Position numbers and translations under genes: made by a program
Source: an uncultured Alphaproteobacteria bacterium
Lineage (GTDB): Bacteria > Pseudomonadota > Alphaproteobacteria > HIMB59 > GCA-002718135
Length of the DNA stretch: 64,000 nucleotides
Assembly (NCBI GenBank): GCA_902614085.1
Contig: CACMJS010000001.1
Span: 811,127-875,126, forward strand
Direction of reading: 5' to 3'
In this document: positions 10,417-19,992 of the stretch, piece after piece
Layout: the number at the start of each line of letters is the position of its first letter
Numbering within the stretch: position 1 is the first letter of the stretch
Notes under the pieces: model-generated
Databases searched by the model: none
What the model was told of the DNA's origin: nothing
What the model saw: only the letters and a program-made list of their open reading frames with translations

Positions 10417-11667
10417 ATGATTTCAAAATCAGAACGATTACTGATTTTTAGGTTTTTATTCTCTAAGAAATCTGATGGTTATGTCTCTATTTTTGCTTGG
10501 TTTTCAATAATAGGTATTAGTTTAGGAGTAGCAGCAATTATTATAGTAATGTCTGTTATGAATGGTTTTAGAATTGATTTAACTAACAGAATAATTGGAC
10601 TTAATTCACACCTTAATATTTATAGTTTTGATAATGAGATTACAAATAAGCAAGCTGATGAACTCATATTGAATATTGATAATTCTTTTTTTTACCAACA
10701 CTACAAATCTATTGAAACAAATGGATTAATTATAAAATTAAATAACTCAAAAGGTGTTATGATCAAAGGCTATGATGAATATGATAAAAATCATTATTTG
10801 TTTAATTCAATTAATAAAGGTGCATTAATTCAAAATCCAAAAAGTGAAATATTAATTGGAGACTCCTTAGCGAGTGAAATGAATTTAAGCGTGGGAGATA
10901 AGGTTAAAATTGCAATTCCAAAGACTGATAAAACAATATTAGGAAATATTCCAAGATTCAAAACATTGAAGGTAGTAGGTGTATTTGATCTAGGTTTGTA
11001 TGAATATGATTCAAATTTAATTTTTTTATCTTCAGAACTTGTTAGAAAATTACTCTTATATGATGAAGATATATATAACAAAATTGAATTCTTTACATCA
11101 TCTCCTAATGAAATTGAATTATTTAAAAATAAAGTAGAATTAGAAACATCGAATCTTTTATTAAATTTTTATTCAATATCTTGGAAGGATCAAAACAAAA
11201 CTTTAATAAATGCACTTAAGGTGGAAAAGAATGTTATGTTTATTATTCTTTCTTTAATTATCTTAGTTGCATCATTAAATATAATTTCAGGATTAATTAT
11301 ATTTGTAAAAGAAAAAAACAAAGATATTGGTATTTTAAAAACTATTGGAATGAGTAATAAAAGTATTATAAAAATATTTTTTACTATTGGAATATCAATC
11401 GGTTTAATAGGATCTTTAATAGGATTAATAATTGGAATTCTTTTCACAGTTAATATTAAATCAATTCAAAATTTTTTAGAATATTTACTTGGAACAAAAC
11501 TGTTTTCTGAAGAAGTTTATTATTTATCATCTTTACCTTCTAAAATTAGCGTAAATGAGGTAGTTTACGTACTTTGTGTAGCAATAATTATATCAATTAT
11601 CTCAACTATTTTTCCAGCTTTAAGTTCAGCTAGAATAGACCCTGTTAAAAGTTTAAGAAGTGAATAA
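10417..11667 (+). CDS. lolE: lipoprotein-releasing system permease (LolC/E family)
   Basis: 416 aa with an N-terminal TM, a MacB-like periplasmic domain and a C-terminal FtsX-type 3-TM bundle. Followed by lolD. Confidence 0.8.
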   Translation: MISKSERLLIFRFLFSKKSDGYVSIFAWFSIIGISLGVAAIIIVMSVMNGFRIDLTNRIIGLNSHLNIYSFDNEITNKQADELILNIDNSFFYQHYKSIETNGLIIKLNNSKGVMIKGYDEYDKNHYLFNSINKGALIQNPKSEILIGDSLASEMNLSVGDKVKIAIPKTDKTILGNIPRFKTLKVVGVFDLGLYEYDSNLIFLSSELVRKLLLYDEDIYNKIEFFTSSPNEIELFKNKVELETSNLLLNFYSISWKDQNKTLINALKVEKNVMFIILSLIILVASLNIISGLIIFVKEKNKDIGILKTIGMSNKSIIKIFFTIGISIGLIGSLIGLIIGILFTVNIKSIQNFLEYLLGTKLFSEEVYYLSSLPSKISVNEVVYVLCVAIIISIISTIFPALSSARIDPVKSLRSE

Positions 11668-12349
11668 TAAATATTTATTAGAGATAACTAATCTTTGTAA
11701 AAATTACACAAATGAAAATAATTCAAAAATTGAGATAATTAAAAATTTAAATTTCAAATTAAAGCAAAACACTAAAGTTTCAATTGTTGGGCCTTCAGGT
11801 TCAGGCAAAACAACTTTTCTGAATATTATTGGTTTACTTGATTCAGAATATGATGGAAACTTTTATTTTAAGAATAAAGATATTTCTTTATGCTCTAAAG
11901 ATGAAACAAATAAAATTAGAGGATTATCAATTGGTTTTATTCATCAATTTTTTCATCTGATACCTGAACTCACTGTCATCGAGAATGTTATGCTTCCATT
12001 ATTAATAAATAAAAATGAAAAGAAAAGTTATGCAATTTCTAAAAAACTACTTCTTGAATTTGGTTTAGATGAAAGGATAAATTATAAACCTTTAAAATTA
12101 TCAGGAGGAGAGCAGCAAAGAGTTGCTATTGCAAGATCTCTAGTAAATAACCCAGATTTAATTTTAGCTGATGAGATGACTGGAAATCTTGATGAAGATA
12201 CTGCTAACAATATTTTTAAATTTTTTATAAATTATATCGAACAAAATAAAAAAACTTTAGTATATGTTACTCATAACAAAACTTATTCTTTATTAGCTGA
12301 TGAAATTTATTATTTTAAAAATAAGAAAATACATTTAAAGAATGAATAA
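11660..12349 (+). CDS. lolD: lipoprotein-releasing system ATP-binding protein
   Basis: Walker A GPSGSGKTT, signature LSGGEQQRVAIAR, Walker B ILADEMTGNLD. GTG start overlaps lolE by 8 nt. Confidence 0.85.
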   Translation: MNNKYLLEITNLCKNYTNENNSKIEIIKNLNFKLKQNTKVSIVGPSGSGKTTFLNIIGLLDSEYDGNFYFKNKDISLCSKDETNKIRGLSIGFIHQFFHLIPELTVIENVMLPLLINKNEKKSYAISKKLLLEFGLDERINYKPLKLSGGEQQRVAIARSLVNNPDLILADEMTGNLDEDTANNIFKFFINYIEQNKKTLVYVTHNKTYSLLADEIYYFKNKKIHLKNE

Positions 12350-15300
12350 TCCTTTTATTCATTTACGATCTTTATCTTCATATTCTTTATCTGAAAGTAC
12401 TCTAAAAATAACAAATTTAGTAGATCTAGCTAAAAAAAATAACATGCCTGCAATCGCTATTACAGATAATAACAATATGTTTGGAGTCTTTGAATTTTCC
12501 AAAGAATGTGTAAAAAATAATATTCAACCTATAATTGGAACTTCAATAAATTTATTAGATATTATTGTGAATAATCAAATTTCCCAAGTTACATTTCTAG
12601 TCAAAAATGAAATTGGGTATAGAAATCTATTAGAACTAAGCTCACTTTCCCATCTTAATGAAGGAAATAATGTTGGTATATACTTTTCGCAATTAGAGAA
12701 ATTTTCTGAAGGTTTATTCTGTTATATAGGTGGTGAATTAAATCCTATACTTTTATTAAACAAAGAAAACAAAAAAAAAGATATCATTCAATTAATAGAT
12801 AATTTTAAAAAAGTTTATAAGCAAAATTTTCTTTTTGAAATTCAAAGAATAAATGATCAAAATATCGATGTTTTTGAAAAAGAATTTATTAATTTATCAA
12901 AAGAATTTGACATACCTCTCATTGGTTCAAATAATATAAAGTACGCTAATAAAGATGATTATTCAGCTCATGATGCATTACTTTGTATTGCTCAAAAATC
13001 TACAATTAACAATTCTCAAAGAAATACTTCTAATGAAAATATTTATTTTAAGTCAAATGAAGAAATGTATGAAAATTTTGAAGATATTCCTGAGATAATA
13101 CAAAATAATTTAAATATTTCTCTTTCTTGTAACTATTTTCCTGAATCAACAAAACCACAATTACCGGAATTTAAAAATGATTTAGGTCTATCAGCAGAAG
13201 ATTTTTTATTAAAAACCTCACAATTGGGACTTGGAAAAAAAATAAAAGAAAAAAATATTAAGAATATAGAAATTTACACAGATAGATTGAAATATGAAAA
13301 TGAAATCATCATTAGAATGGGGTTTGCTGGATATTTTTTAATAGTAGCAGATTTTGTTAATTGGGCCAAAGAGCAATCCATCCCTGTTGGTCCTGGAAGA
13401 GGATCAGGCGCCGGCAGTTTAGTGGCTTGGTGTCTAGGGATAACAGATTTAGATCCATTAGAATATGAATTATTATTTGAAAGATTCTTAAATCCAGAAA
13501 GAGTGTCAATGCCAGATTTTGACATAGATTTTTGTCAAACTAGAAGAGATGAAGTTATCGAATACGTAAATAATAAATATGGAAGTGAATGTGTTGCTCA
13601 TATAATTACATTTGGAACACTTGCATCTAGAGCAGCAGTGAGAGATATTGGTAGAGTTTTGGAAGTACCTTATGGAGAGGTCGACTCTTTTGCTAAACTA
13701 ATACCTTTTAATCCATCAAATCCACTGACTTTAAGTGAGTCAATTAAATCTGAGAGAAGTTTACAAGAAAGGATAATCAGTGATGAAAGAATTTCAAATA
13801 TTATTGATGTGAGTCTTAAAATTGAAGGAACTCACAGACATGCTTCAACACATGCTGCAGGAGTTGTGATTGGTCATGAAAAATTATCTAAAGTAGTTCC
13901 TTTATACAAAGATCAAAATACCAATACAAATGCAACACAATTTTCTATGAAATACGTTGAAGAAGCAGGTTTAATAAAATTTGATTTTCTTGGATTAACC
14001 ACATTATCAATTATTGATGACTGCATAAAATTGATAATTAAAGAGAATAAGAGTTTTTTAATAAATAACATACCTCTAGATGACAAAAAAACATATGATC
14101 AGTTAAGTAAAGGTGACACAGTTGGAATCTTCCAATTAGAAAGCAATGGTATGGGAAGTGTTCTTCGTCAATTACAACCAGATAGATTTGAAGAAATAAT
14201 TGCAGTAGTTGCTTTGTTTAGACCTGGGCCAATGGATAATATTCCTTCTTTTTGTAATAGAAAACATGGACGTGAAGAAATTAAATATCTTCATTCTATG
14301 TTAGAAGAAGTCTTAAAAGAAACTTATGGAATTATTGTTTATCAAGAACAAGTAATGCAGATTGCACAAGTTTTATCAAATTATTCTTTAGGTGAAGCAG
14401 ACTTACTAAGAAGAGCAATGGGAAAAAAAATTCAAAAAGAAATGGATATGCAAAAATCAAGATTTATAGAAGGTGCTGTTCAAAATAATATTGATAAAAA
14501 AGAAGCTTCAAAAATATTTGATTTAGTTGATAAATTTGCAGGTTATGGTTTTAATAAAAGTCATGCCGCAGCATATGCTTTAATATCTTATCAAACTGCT
14601 TATCTAAAAGCTAATTTTCCCCATGAATTTCTTACAGCAACCTTAAACTATTCTATAGATAGAACAGAAAAAATTATTTTACTTAAACAAGAAATAGAAA
14701 GATTAAATATCAATTTTTTAAAGCCAGATATAAATTTTTCTGATCCTTTATTTTCAATTGAAATTAATGACAATTTAAAATCAATAAGATTTGGATTAGC
14801 AGCAATCAAAGGTGTTGGTATAAAATCCATTTCTAGCATGGTTGATGAAAGAAATAAAAATGGCAAATTTAAAAGTATTATCGATTTTATGAATAGAGTT
14901 TCAAAGGAGGTAATAAACAAGAGACAACTTGAAAAACTAATTCAGGCAGGAGCTTTTGATAGTATTGAAGCTAACAGAGCGAAATTATTTAATAATGTAC
15001 CAAAATTTGTTGAATTATTTGGAGGAGAGAAAAATATCAATCAAGACATGCTTTTTGAAGAAAATGAGATTTCTTTTGAAGATAAAAACTTATTTAATCA
15101 AAATTATGAAAAATGGAATAATGCAGAAATTCTATCTAACGAATTAGAGGTTATTGGATTTTATTTTTCTGATCACCCATTAAATCATTATCCAAAAAAG
15201 TTTTTTGAATTAGAGAATATTGTGTCTTTCAGAAACTATTCAGAAAGCTATGACTCAAACGTTATTAAAGCTTGCGGTGCTATTTTAGATATTAAAGAAA

Positions 15301-15746
15301 GATCAAATAAGGATGGAAAAAAATATGCATTTATAACAGTGTCAGAAACTAGTTTTCAATTTGAATTAACTATATTTAGTGAAAATTTATATAAATACCG
15401 ACCATTATTAAAAGAAGGAAATTTATTAATATTTAATATTGATATTGTGAAAAGTAATAGTGATACACGTTTTATAATAAGATCACTAGATTCTTTGGAG
15501 AAAACTTTTGTCAAAAATAATTATAAATTTAATATCTATACAAATATTAAAAATATGGATGAATTAAAAGATAATATTTTTGCAGAAAAAGAAAGTGGCA
15601 ATTTTGATAATTTTATTGATGTCTTCATTACAGTGGATCAGAAATTAGTAAATTTTGATTTCAATAAATATTCAATTAAATCATACAAAAAACTTGATGA
15701 TTTAAATAAATCTAAAATTTTAGATTATTCTTTAGAAATATCTTGA
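12342..15746 (+). CDS. dnaE: DNA polymerase III subunit alpha
   Basis: 1134 aa with an N-terminal PHP domain (FIHLRSLSSYSL), GYGFNKSHAAAYAL and a C-terminal OB region. Confidence 0.97.
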   Translation: MNNPFIHLRSLSSYSLSESTLKITNLVDLAKKNNMPAIAITDNNNMFGVFEFSKECVKNNIQPIIGTSINLLDIIVNNQISQVTFLVKNEIGYRNLLELSSLSHLNEGNNVGIYFSQLEKFSEGLFCYIGGELNPILLLNKENKKKDIIQLIDNFKKVYKQNFLFEIQRINDQNIDVFEKEFINLSKEFDIPLIGSNNIKYANKDDYSAHDALLCIAQKSTINNSQRNTSNENIYFKSNEEMYENFEDIPEIIQNNLNISLSCNYFPESTKPQLPEFKNDLGLSAEDFLLKTSQLGLGKKIKEKNIKNIEIYTDRLKYENEIIIRMGFAGYFLIVADFVNWAKEQSIPVGPGRGSGAGSLVAWCLGITDLDPLEYELLFERFLNPERVSMPDFDIDFCQTRRDEVIEYVNNKYGSECVAHIITFGTLASRAAVRDIGRVLEVPYGEVDSFAKLIPFNPSNPLTLSESIKSERSLQERIISDERISNIIDVSLKIEGTHRHASTHAAGVVIGHEKLSKVVPLYKDQNTNTNATQFSMKYVEEAGLIKFDFLGLTTLSIIDDCIKLIIKENKSFLINNIPLDDKKTYDQLSKGDTVGIFQLESNGMGSVLRQLQPDRFEEIIAVVALFRPGPMDNIPSFCNRKHGREEIKYLHSMLEEVLKETYGIIVYQEQVMQIAQVLSNYSLGEADLLRRAMGKKIQKEMDMQKSRFIEGAVQNNIDKKEASKIFDLVDKFAGYGFNKSHAAAYALISYQTAYLKANFPHEFLTATLNYSIDRTEKIILLKQEIERLNINFLKPDINFSDPLFSIEINDNLKSIRFGLAAIKGVGIKSISSMVDERNKNGKFKSIIDFMNRVSKEVINKRQLEKLIQAGAFDSIEANRAKLFNNVPKFVELFGGEKNINQDMLFEENEISFEDKNLFNQNYEKWNNAEILSNELEVIGFYFSDHPLNHYPKKFFELENIVSFRNYSESYDSNVIKACGAILDIKERSNKDGKKYAFITVSETSFQFELTIFSENLYKYRPLLKEGNLLIFNIDIVKSNSDTRFIIRSLDSLEKTFVKNNYKFNIYTNIKNMDELKDNIFAEKESGNFDNFIDVFITVDQKLVNFDFNKYSIKSYKKLDDLNKSKILDYSLEIS

Positions 15747-15791
15747 AAAAATAACTCATTATAATATTAGATCAATCAAATTAAATCTAGC

Positions 15792-15819
15792 ACACAGGAA
15801 AAACCGGTGTTTTTATTTC
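15792..15819 (+). terminator. candidate intrinsic terminator or leader hairpin between dnaE and rpsB
   Basis: ACACAGG-AAAAA-CCGGTGT (7-bp stem with one A/G mismatch) followed by TTTTTATTT. It lies about 45 nt after the dnaE stop. Confidence 0.4.
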
Positions 15820-15844
15820 TGTGGAGGTTAAACCGGGAGTAAAT

Positions 15845-16600
15845 ATGAATTTGCCAGAAGTTAAAATTGAAGATCTTTTAGAGTCAGGTGTCCACTTTGG
15901 CCATAATGTAAGAAGATGGAACCCTAAGATGCAGGAGTATATCTATGGTGTCAGAAATAATATACATATTTTTGATTTAAGAATTACTCTGGAGTTATTA
16001 AATACAGCACTTACAAAAATACACGAAACTGTATCAAAATCAGGAAAGATTCTTTTCGTAGGTACTAAAAAACAGTGTAGCGATATTGTTAAAGAATTAG
16101 CAATGTTAAATAATAACTACTATGTAAATAAAAGATGGTTAGGTGGAACTCTAACTAATTGGAAAACAATATCAAACTCAATTAAAAGACTTGAAGAAAT
16201 AGAATTATTTTTACAAAATAATGATCAATCAAAAAATTTATCTAAAAAAGAATTACTAGACATTTCAAGAGAAAAACAAAAACTTGATTTAAATATTGGT
16301 GGTATTAGATCTCTTAATGGCAAGCCTGATTTATTGATTATCTTTGATGTAATAAAAGATAAAATAGCAGTACGAGAAGCAAATAAACTTAAAATTCCTG
16401 TTGTTGCTATTGTAGATTCCAATGGTGACCCAGAAAATATTGATTATGTGATTCCAGGAAATGATGATGCACTTAGATCTATTAATCTTTACAAAAATTA
16501 TTTTTTTGCAACTATTCAGGATGCAGCAAATTTTCAAAATCAATCTATCGAAAATGAAAATGAAAAAAGTGATGATAATTTAAAAAAGGATGAGAAATAA
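15845..16600 (+). CDS. rpsB: 30S ribosomal protein S2
   Basis: [15 protein letters not shown] motif. I place the start at ATG 15845 ([15 protein letters not shown] matches the usual alphaproteobacterial N-terminal length) with GGAG 5 nt upstream. The track's GTG 15821 start is probably an over-extension. Confidence 0.95.
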   Translation: MNLPEVKIEDLLESGVHFGHNVRRWNPKMQEYIYGVRNNIHIFDLRITLELLNTALTKIHETVSKSGKILFVGTKKQCSDIVKELAMLNNNYYVNKRWLGGTLTNWKTISNSIKRLEEIELFLQNNDQSKNLSKKELLDISREKQKLDLNIGGIRSLNGKPDLLIIFDVIKDKIAVREANKLKIPVVAIVDSNGDPENIDYVIPGNDDALRSINLYKNYFFATIQDAANFQNQSIENENEKSDDNLKKDEK

Positions 16601-17451
16601 TGTCAAGCATTACAGATTTAATTAAAGAATTAAGAGATAAAACTGGAGCAGGTTTTTTAGATTGCAAAAAATCTTTAGAAGAGCATAATAATGATATTGA
16701 AAAGTCTATAGAGTCTTTGAGAAAAAAAGGTTTAGCAAAAGCATCTAAAAAAAGTGATAGAGAGGCGAATGAAGGTGCTGTAGGCGTTTATTCTAATAAA
16801 GATATCACTGTCTTAATTAAAATAAATAGTGAAACTGATTTTGCGGCAAAAAGTGATACCTTTCTTGATTTTCTTGATAACTTGGGTGCGCTAGTGTTAA
16901 AAAATAACTCTAAAATTGATAGGAATGATTTTTTAAGTTTAAATTATGAAAATGGAACAATTAAAGATTATTTTGATTCAATGATTGCTAAAATAGGTGA
17001 AAATTTAATTTTAAATGATCTTTTAGTAAAAGAAAATAAAACATCTTACTATTCTTATTATATTCATAATAGTTACAGGTCTAATATTGGAAAAATTGTA
17101 TCTTTACTAGAATTTACATGCGCTAGTAAGGATCAAGAAATTGAGTCTTTATCAAAAAATTTGTGTATGCATATTGCTGCAATGAAGCCAGAATCTATAG
17201 ATATAAATGATTTAGATAAAAATATAGTTGAAAAGGAAGAAAAAATTCAAAGAGAGCTAATCCTAAATTCTGGAAAACCTTCAAGCATGATTGATAAAAT
17301 TTTAAATGGAAAAATGAAAAAATTTTATAGTGAAATAACTTTATTGAATCAAACATTTATTTTAGATCAAGACAAAACTGTAAGTGTTGTTTTAGATGAA
17401 TATTCTAAATATGAATTTAAAATAAAATCTTTTGAACTTATAAGTTTATAA
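16600..17451 (+). CDS. tsf: elongation factor Ts
   Basis: N-terminal UBA-like LIKELRDKTGAGFLDCKKSLEE. TAATG overlap with rpsB. Confidence 0.95.
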   Translation: MSSITDLIKELRDKTGAGFLDCKKSLEEHNNDIEKSIESLRKKGLAKASKKSDREANEGAVGVYSNKDITVLIKINSETDFAAKSDTFLDFLDNLGALVLKNNSKIDRNDFLSLNYENGTIKDYFDSMIAKIGENLILNDLLVKENKTSYYSYYIHNSYRSNIGKIVSLLEFTCASKDQEIESLSKNLCMHIAAMKPESIDINDLDKNIVEKEEKIQRELILNSGKPSSMIDKILNGKMKKFYSEITLLNQTFILDQDKTVSVVLDEYSKYEFKIKSFELISL

Positions 17452-17453
17452 GA

Positions 17454-18155
17454 ATGAGTAAAAGAATTTTACTTAAAATCTCCGGTGAGTCCTTAATGGG
17501 TTCTTCAACTAATGGTATAGATGTTTCAACTATTAATAAAATTTCTAATGAAATAAAGAATGTTTATAAAAAAAAATATCAAATTTGCCTAATTATTGGA
17601 GGGGGTAATATTTTCAGGGGAATTAAAGGCGCTTCAGAAGGAATAGATAGATCTACATCTGACTATATGGGGATGTTAGCAACAGTAATGAATGCTTTAT
17701 CGCTTCAAAGTAGTTTAGAAAAAATAGATGTCCCTACAAGAGTCCAATCTGCTATTACAATGTCTCAAATTGCAGAGCCTTACATAAGAAGAAGAGCAAT
17801 AAGGCATTTAGAAAGAAATAGAATAGTTATATTTGCTGCCGGTACTGGCAACCCTTTTTTTTCTACAGATACAGCAGCTGCCTTAAGGGCTTCCGAATTA
17901 GATTGTAAGTTAATAATTAAAGCTACAAAAGTTAATGGCATTTATAATAAAGATCCAAATAAGTATAAAAATGCTAAACTAATAAAAAATATTTCCTACA
18001 ATGATGTTATAAACAAGAACTTACAAGTTATGGATATTACTGCAATCAGTTTGGCAAAAGATACAAAAATACCAATTTTTATTACAAATATATTCAAGAA
18101 AAATTCACTAATTAATGTTTTGAATAGTAAAGGCTCATATAGTAAGATAAGTTAA
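17454..18155 (+). CDS. pyrH: UMP kinase
   Basis: RILLKISGESL and IIGGGNIFRG motifs; 233 aa. Confidence 0.95.
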   Translation: MSKRILLKISGESLMGSSTNGIDVSTINKISNEIKNVYKKKYQICLIIGGGNIFRGIKGASEGIDRSTSDYMGMLATVMNALSLQSSLEKIDVPTRVQSAITMSQIAEPYIRRRAIRHLERNRIVIFAAGTGNPFFSTDTAAALRASELDCKLIIKATKVNGIYNKDPNKYKNAKLIKNISYNDVINKNLQVMDITAISLAKDTKIPIFITNIFKKNSLINVLNSKGSYSKIS

Positions 18156-18157
18156 AT

Positions 18158-18700
18158 ATGTCTGATATTGAAACTAAAATGAGCTCTGCTGTAATGCATT
18201 ATGAAAAAGAACTTAATACTTTAAGGACATCAAGGGCAAATCCATCAATGCTTGATAGTATAGTTGTAGATGCGTATGGTTCGAAAACACCATTAAATCA
18301 ATTAGGTAATATTTCAATTCAAGATGCATCAACTATAACTATTCAAATATGGGATGTTTCATTAATTAAATCAATTGAAAATTCTATTACAGAATCTAAT
18401 CTTGGAATTAATCCTCAAGTTGATGGTCAAATAATTAGATTACCAATTCCAAAGCTTAGTGAAGAAAGAAGAAAAGAAATAATTAAAATTGCATCTGAAA
18501 TTGCAGAGAATTCAAGAATTACAATAAGAAATATAAGACGAGATATTATTGAAACTTCTAAAAATGAAAAAAAGAATTCAAACCTTTCTGAAGATGACTT
18601 AAAAAGAAAAATTAATGAAATACAAAAAATAACCGATAACAATATAGAAAAAATTGACAAAATATTAGAAGCAAAAAAAATTGATATTTTGAAAGTATAA
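18158..18700 (+). CDS. frr: ribosome recycling factor
   Basis: 180 aa with LRTSRANPSMLDSIVVDAYGS. Conserved pyrH-frr order. Confidence 0.95.
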   Translation: MSDIETKMSSAVMHYEKELNTLRTSRANPSMLDSIVVDAYGSKTPLNQLGNISIQDASTITIQIWDVSLIKSIENSITESNLGINPQVDGQIIRLPIPKLSEERRKEIIKIASEIAENSRITIRNIRRDIIETSKNEKKNSNLSEDDLKRKINEIQKITDNNIEKIDKILEAKKIDILKV

Positions 18701-18702
18701 GA

Positions 18703-19383
18703 TTGAATAAATTAGAGCATATAGCATTTATACTTGACGGAAATAAAAGATGGGCCAAAAAAAATAATTTTTCAAGTTTTGTTGGCTATTCAAAAGGTTT
18801 TGAAAATATTAAAAACTTAGTTAATTTTTCTTTAAATATAAAACTAAAAAATCTAACACTTTATGCATTATCTTCTGAAAATTTTCATCGATCTTCATTA
18901 GATTTAATCTATGATATAATTTACAAAAATTTTTCAAAATATTTTGAAGATTTGGTTGTTGATAATGATGTTAAAATAAAAATATTTGGTTCTAGAAAAA
19001 ACTTACCAAACAAAATATTAGATATATTTGAAAATATAGAAAAATTATCTTTAAATAATAGCACATTAAATTTGAATATAGCCTTTAATTATGGCTTCAA
19101 AGATGAAATTAAAAATATATTAAAAAAAGTTAGGAATAATAATTTAGAAATTAATTTAAATAATGAGCAAGAAATTGATAAATTATTTGATATTGGTAAG
19201 TTTCCTGATCCAGACATTCTTATAAGAACTGGTGGATATAAAAGATTAAGTAATTTTATTATGTATAATTTGACATATACTGAATTTTTCTTCACAGATA
19301 CGCTATGGCCTGATTTTTCTGAGGAAGAATTTAATAATATTATAAAAGAATATTCAAAAATTAGAAGAAAATATGGTTTATAA
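18703..19383 (+). CDS. uppS: di-trans,poly-cis-undecaprenyl-diphosphate synthase
   Basis: HIAFILDGNKRWA and ILIRTGGYKRLSNF motifs. TTG start; no in-frame ATG upstream of the conserved N-terminus. Confidence 0.9.
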   Translation: MNKLEHIAFILDGNKRWAKKNNFSSFVGYSKGFENIKNLVNFSLNIKLKNLTLYALSSENFHRSSLDLIYDIIYKNFSKYFEDLVVDNDVKIKIFGSRKNLPNKILDIFENIEKLSLNNSTLNLNIAFNYGFKDEIKNILKKVRNNNLEINLNNEQEIDKLFDIGKFPDPDILIRTGGYKRLSNFIMYNLTYTEFFFTDTLWPDFSEEEFNNIIKEYSKIRRKYGL

Positions 19384-19990
19384 AAATTTTTTATTAAGAT
19401 GTTTATTTGCAGTAATTATTTTGTCTATTTATTTTATTATTTCCTATATTGATTTTAATCTAGTATTTTATTCAATACTTTTAATATACTTTATTATTGT
19501 TTTAGAAATTATTATATATTTTAAAACATATAAATTTATACCAATTATTTATATTGTATTTTCTTTTATATGTTTCTTTAATATTGATTTTAAAGTACTA
19601 AATATTGTAGATTTTAACCTTTTACTTATTATTATAATTACTTTTGATATTTTTTCTTATTTTTTTGGTAAAGCTATTGGTAAAACTAAATTAATTAATA
19701 TTAGTCCTAAAAAAACAATAGAAGGATTAGTTGGTGGTATTATTGCATCTTCATTGTTTGCAATTATATTTTCATACTATTTTGAGATATTAATAAATAT
19801 TCAATTATTCATTTATATTTTTCTAATTATTTTTTCTTCACTTTCTGGCGATTTAATTGAGTCTTATTTTAAAAGAAAAAATAATTTAAAAAATTCCAGT
19901 AATATAATACCTGGCCATGGCGGTGTTTTTGATAGATTTGATAGTTTTTTGTTTTCTATTATTGTTTATTCTATATTTGTTAGTTTTTAA
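19373..19990 (+). CDS. cdsA: phosphatidate cytidylyltransferase (short form)
   Basis: C-terminal SGDLIESYFKRK...PGHGGVFDRFDS signature. At 205 aa it is shorter than typical CdsA. Confidence 0.85.
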   Translation: MVYKNFLLRCLFAVIILSIYFIISYIDFNLVFYSILLIYFIIVLEIIIYFKTYKFIPIIYIVFSFICFFNIDFKVLNIVDFNLLLIIIITFDIFSYFFGKAIGKTKLINISPKKTIEGLVGGIIASSLFAIIFSYYFEILINIQLFIYIFLIIFSSLSGDLIESYFKRKNNLKNSSNIIPGHGGVFDRFDSFLFSIIVYSIFVSF

Positions 19991-19992
19991 AA

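Noticed and set aside
15821-15844. The GTG-extended rpsB start in the ORF track (MEVKPGVN prefix).
   Set aside because: The N-terminal length from the ATG at 15845 matches alphaproteobacterial S2 (M-x-LPE...LLE-x-GVHFGH), and that ATG has GGAG 5 nt upstream. The extension would place the GGAGG and GGAG elements inside the coding sequence.
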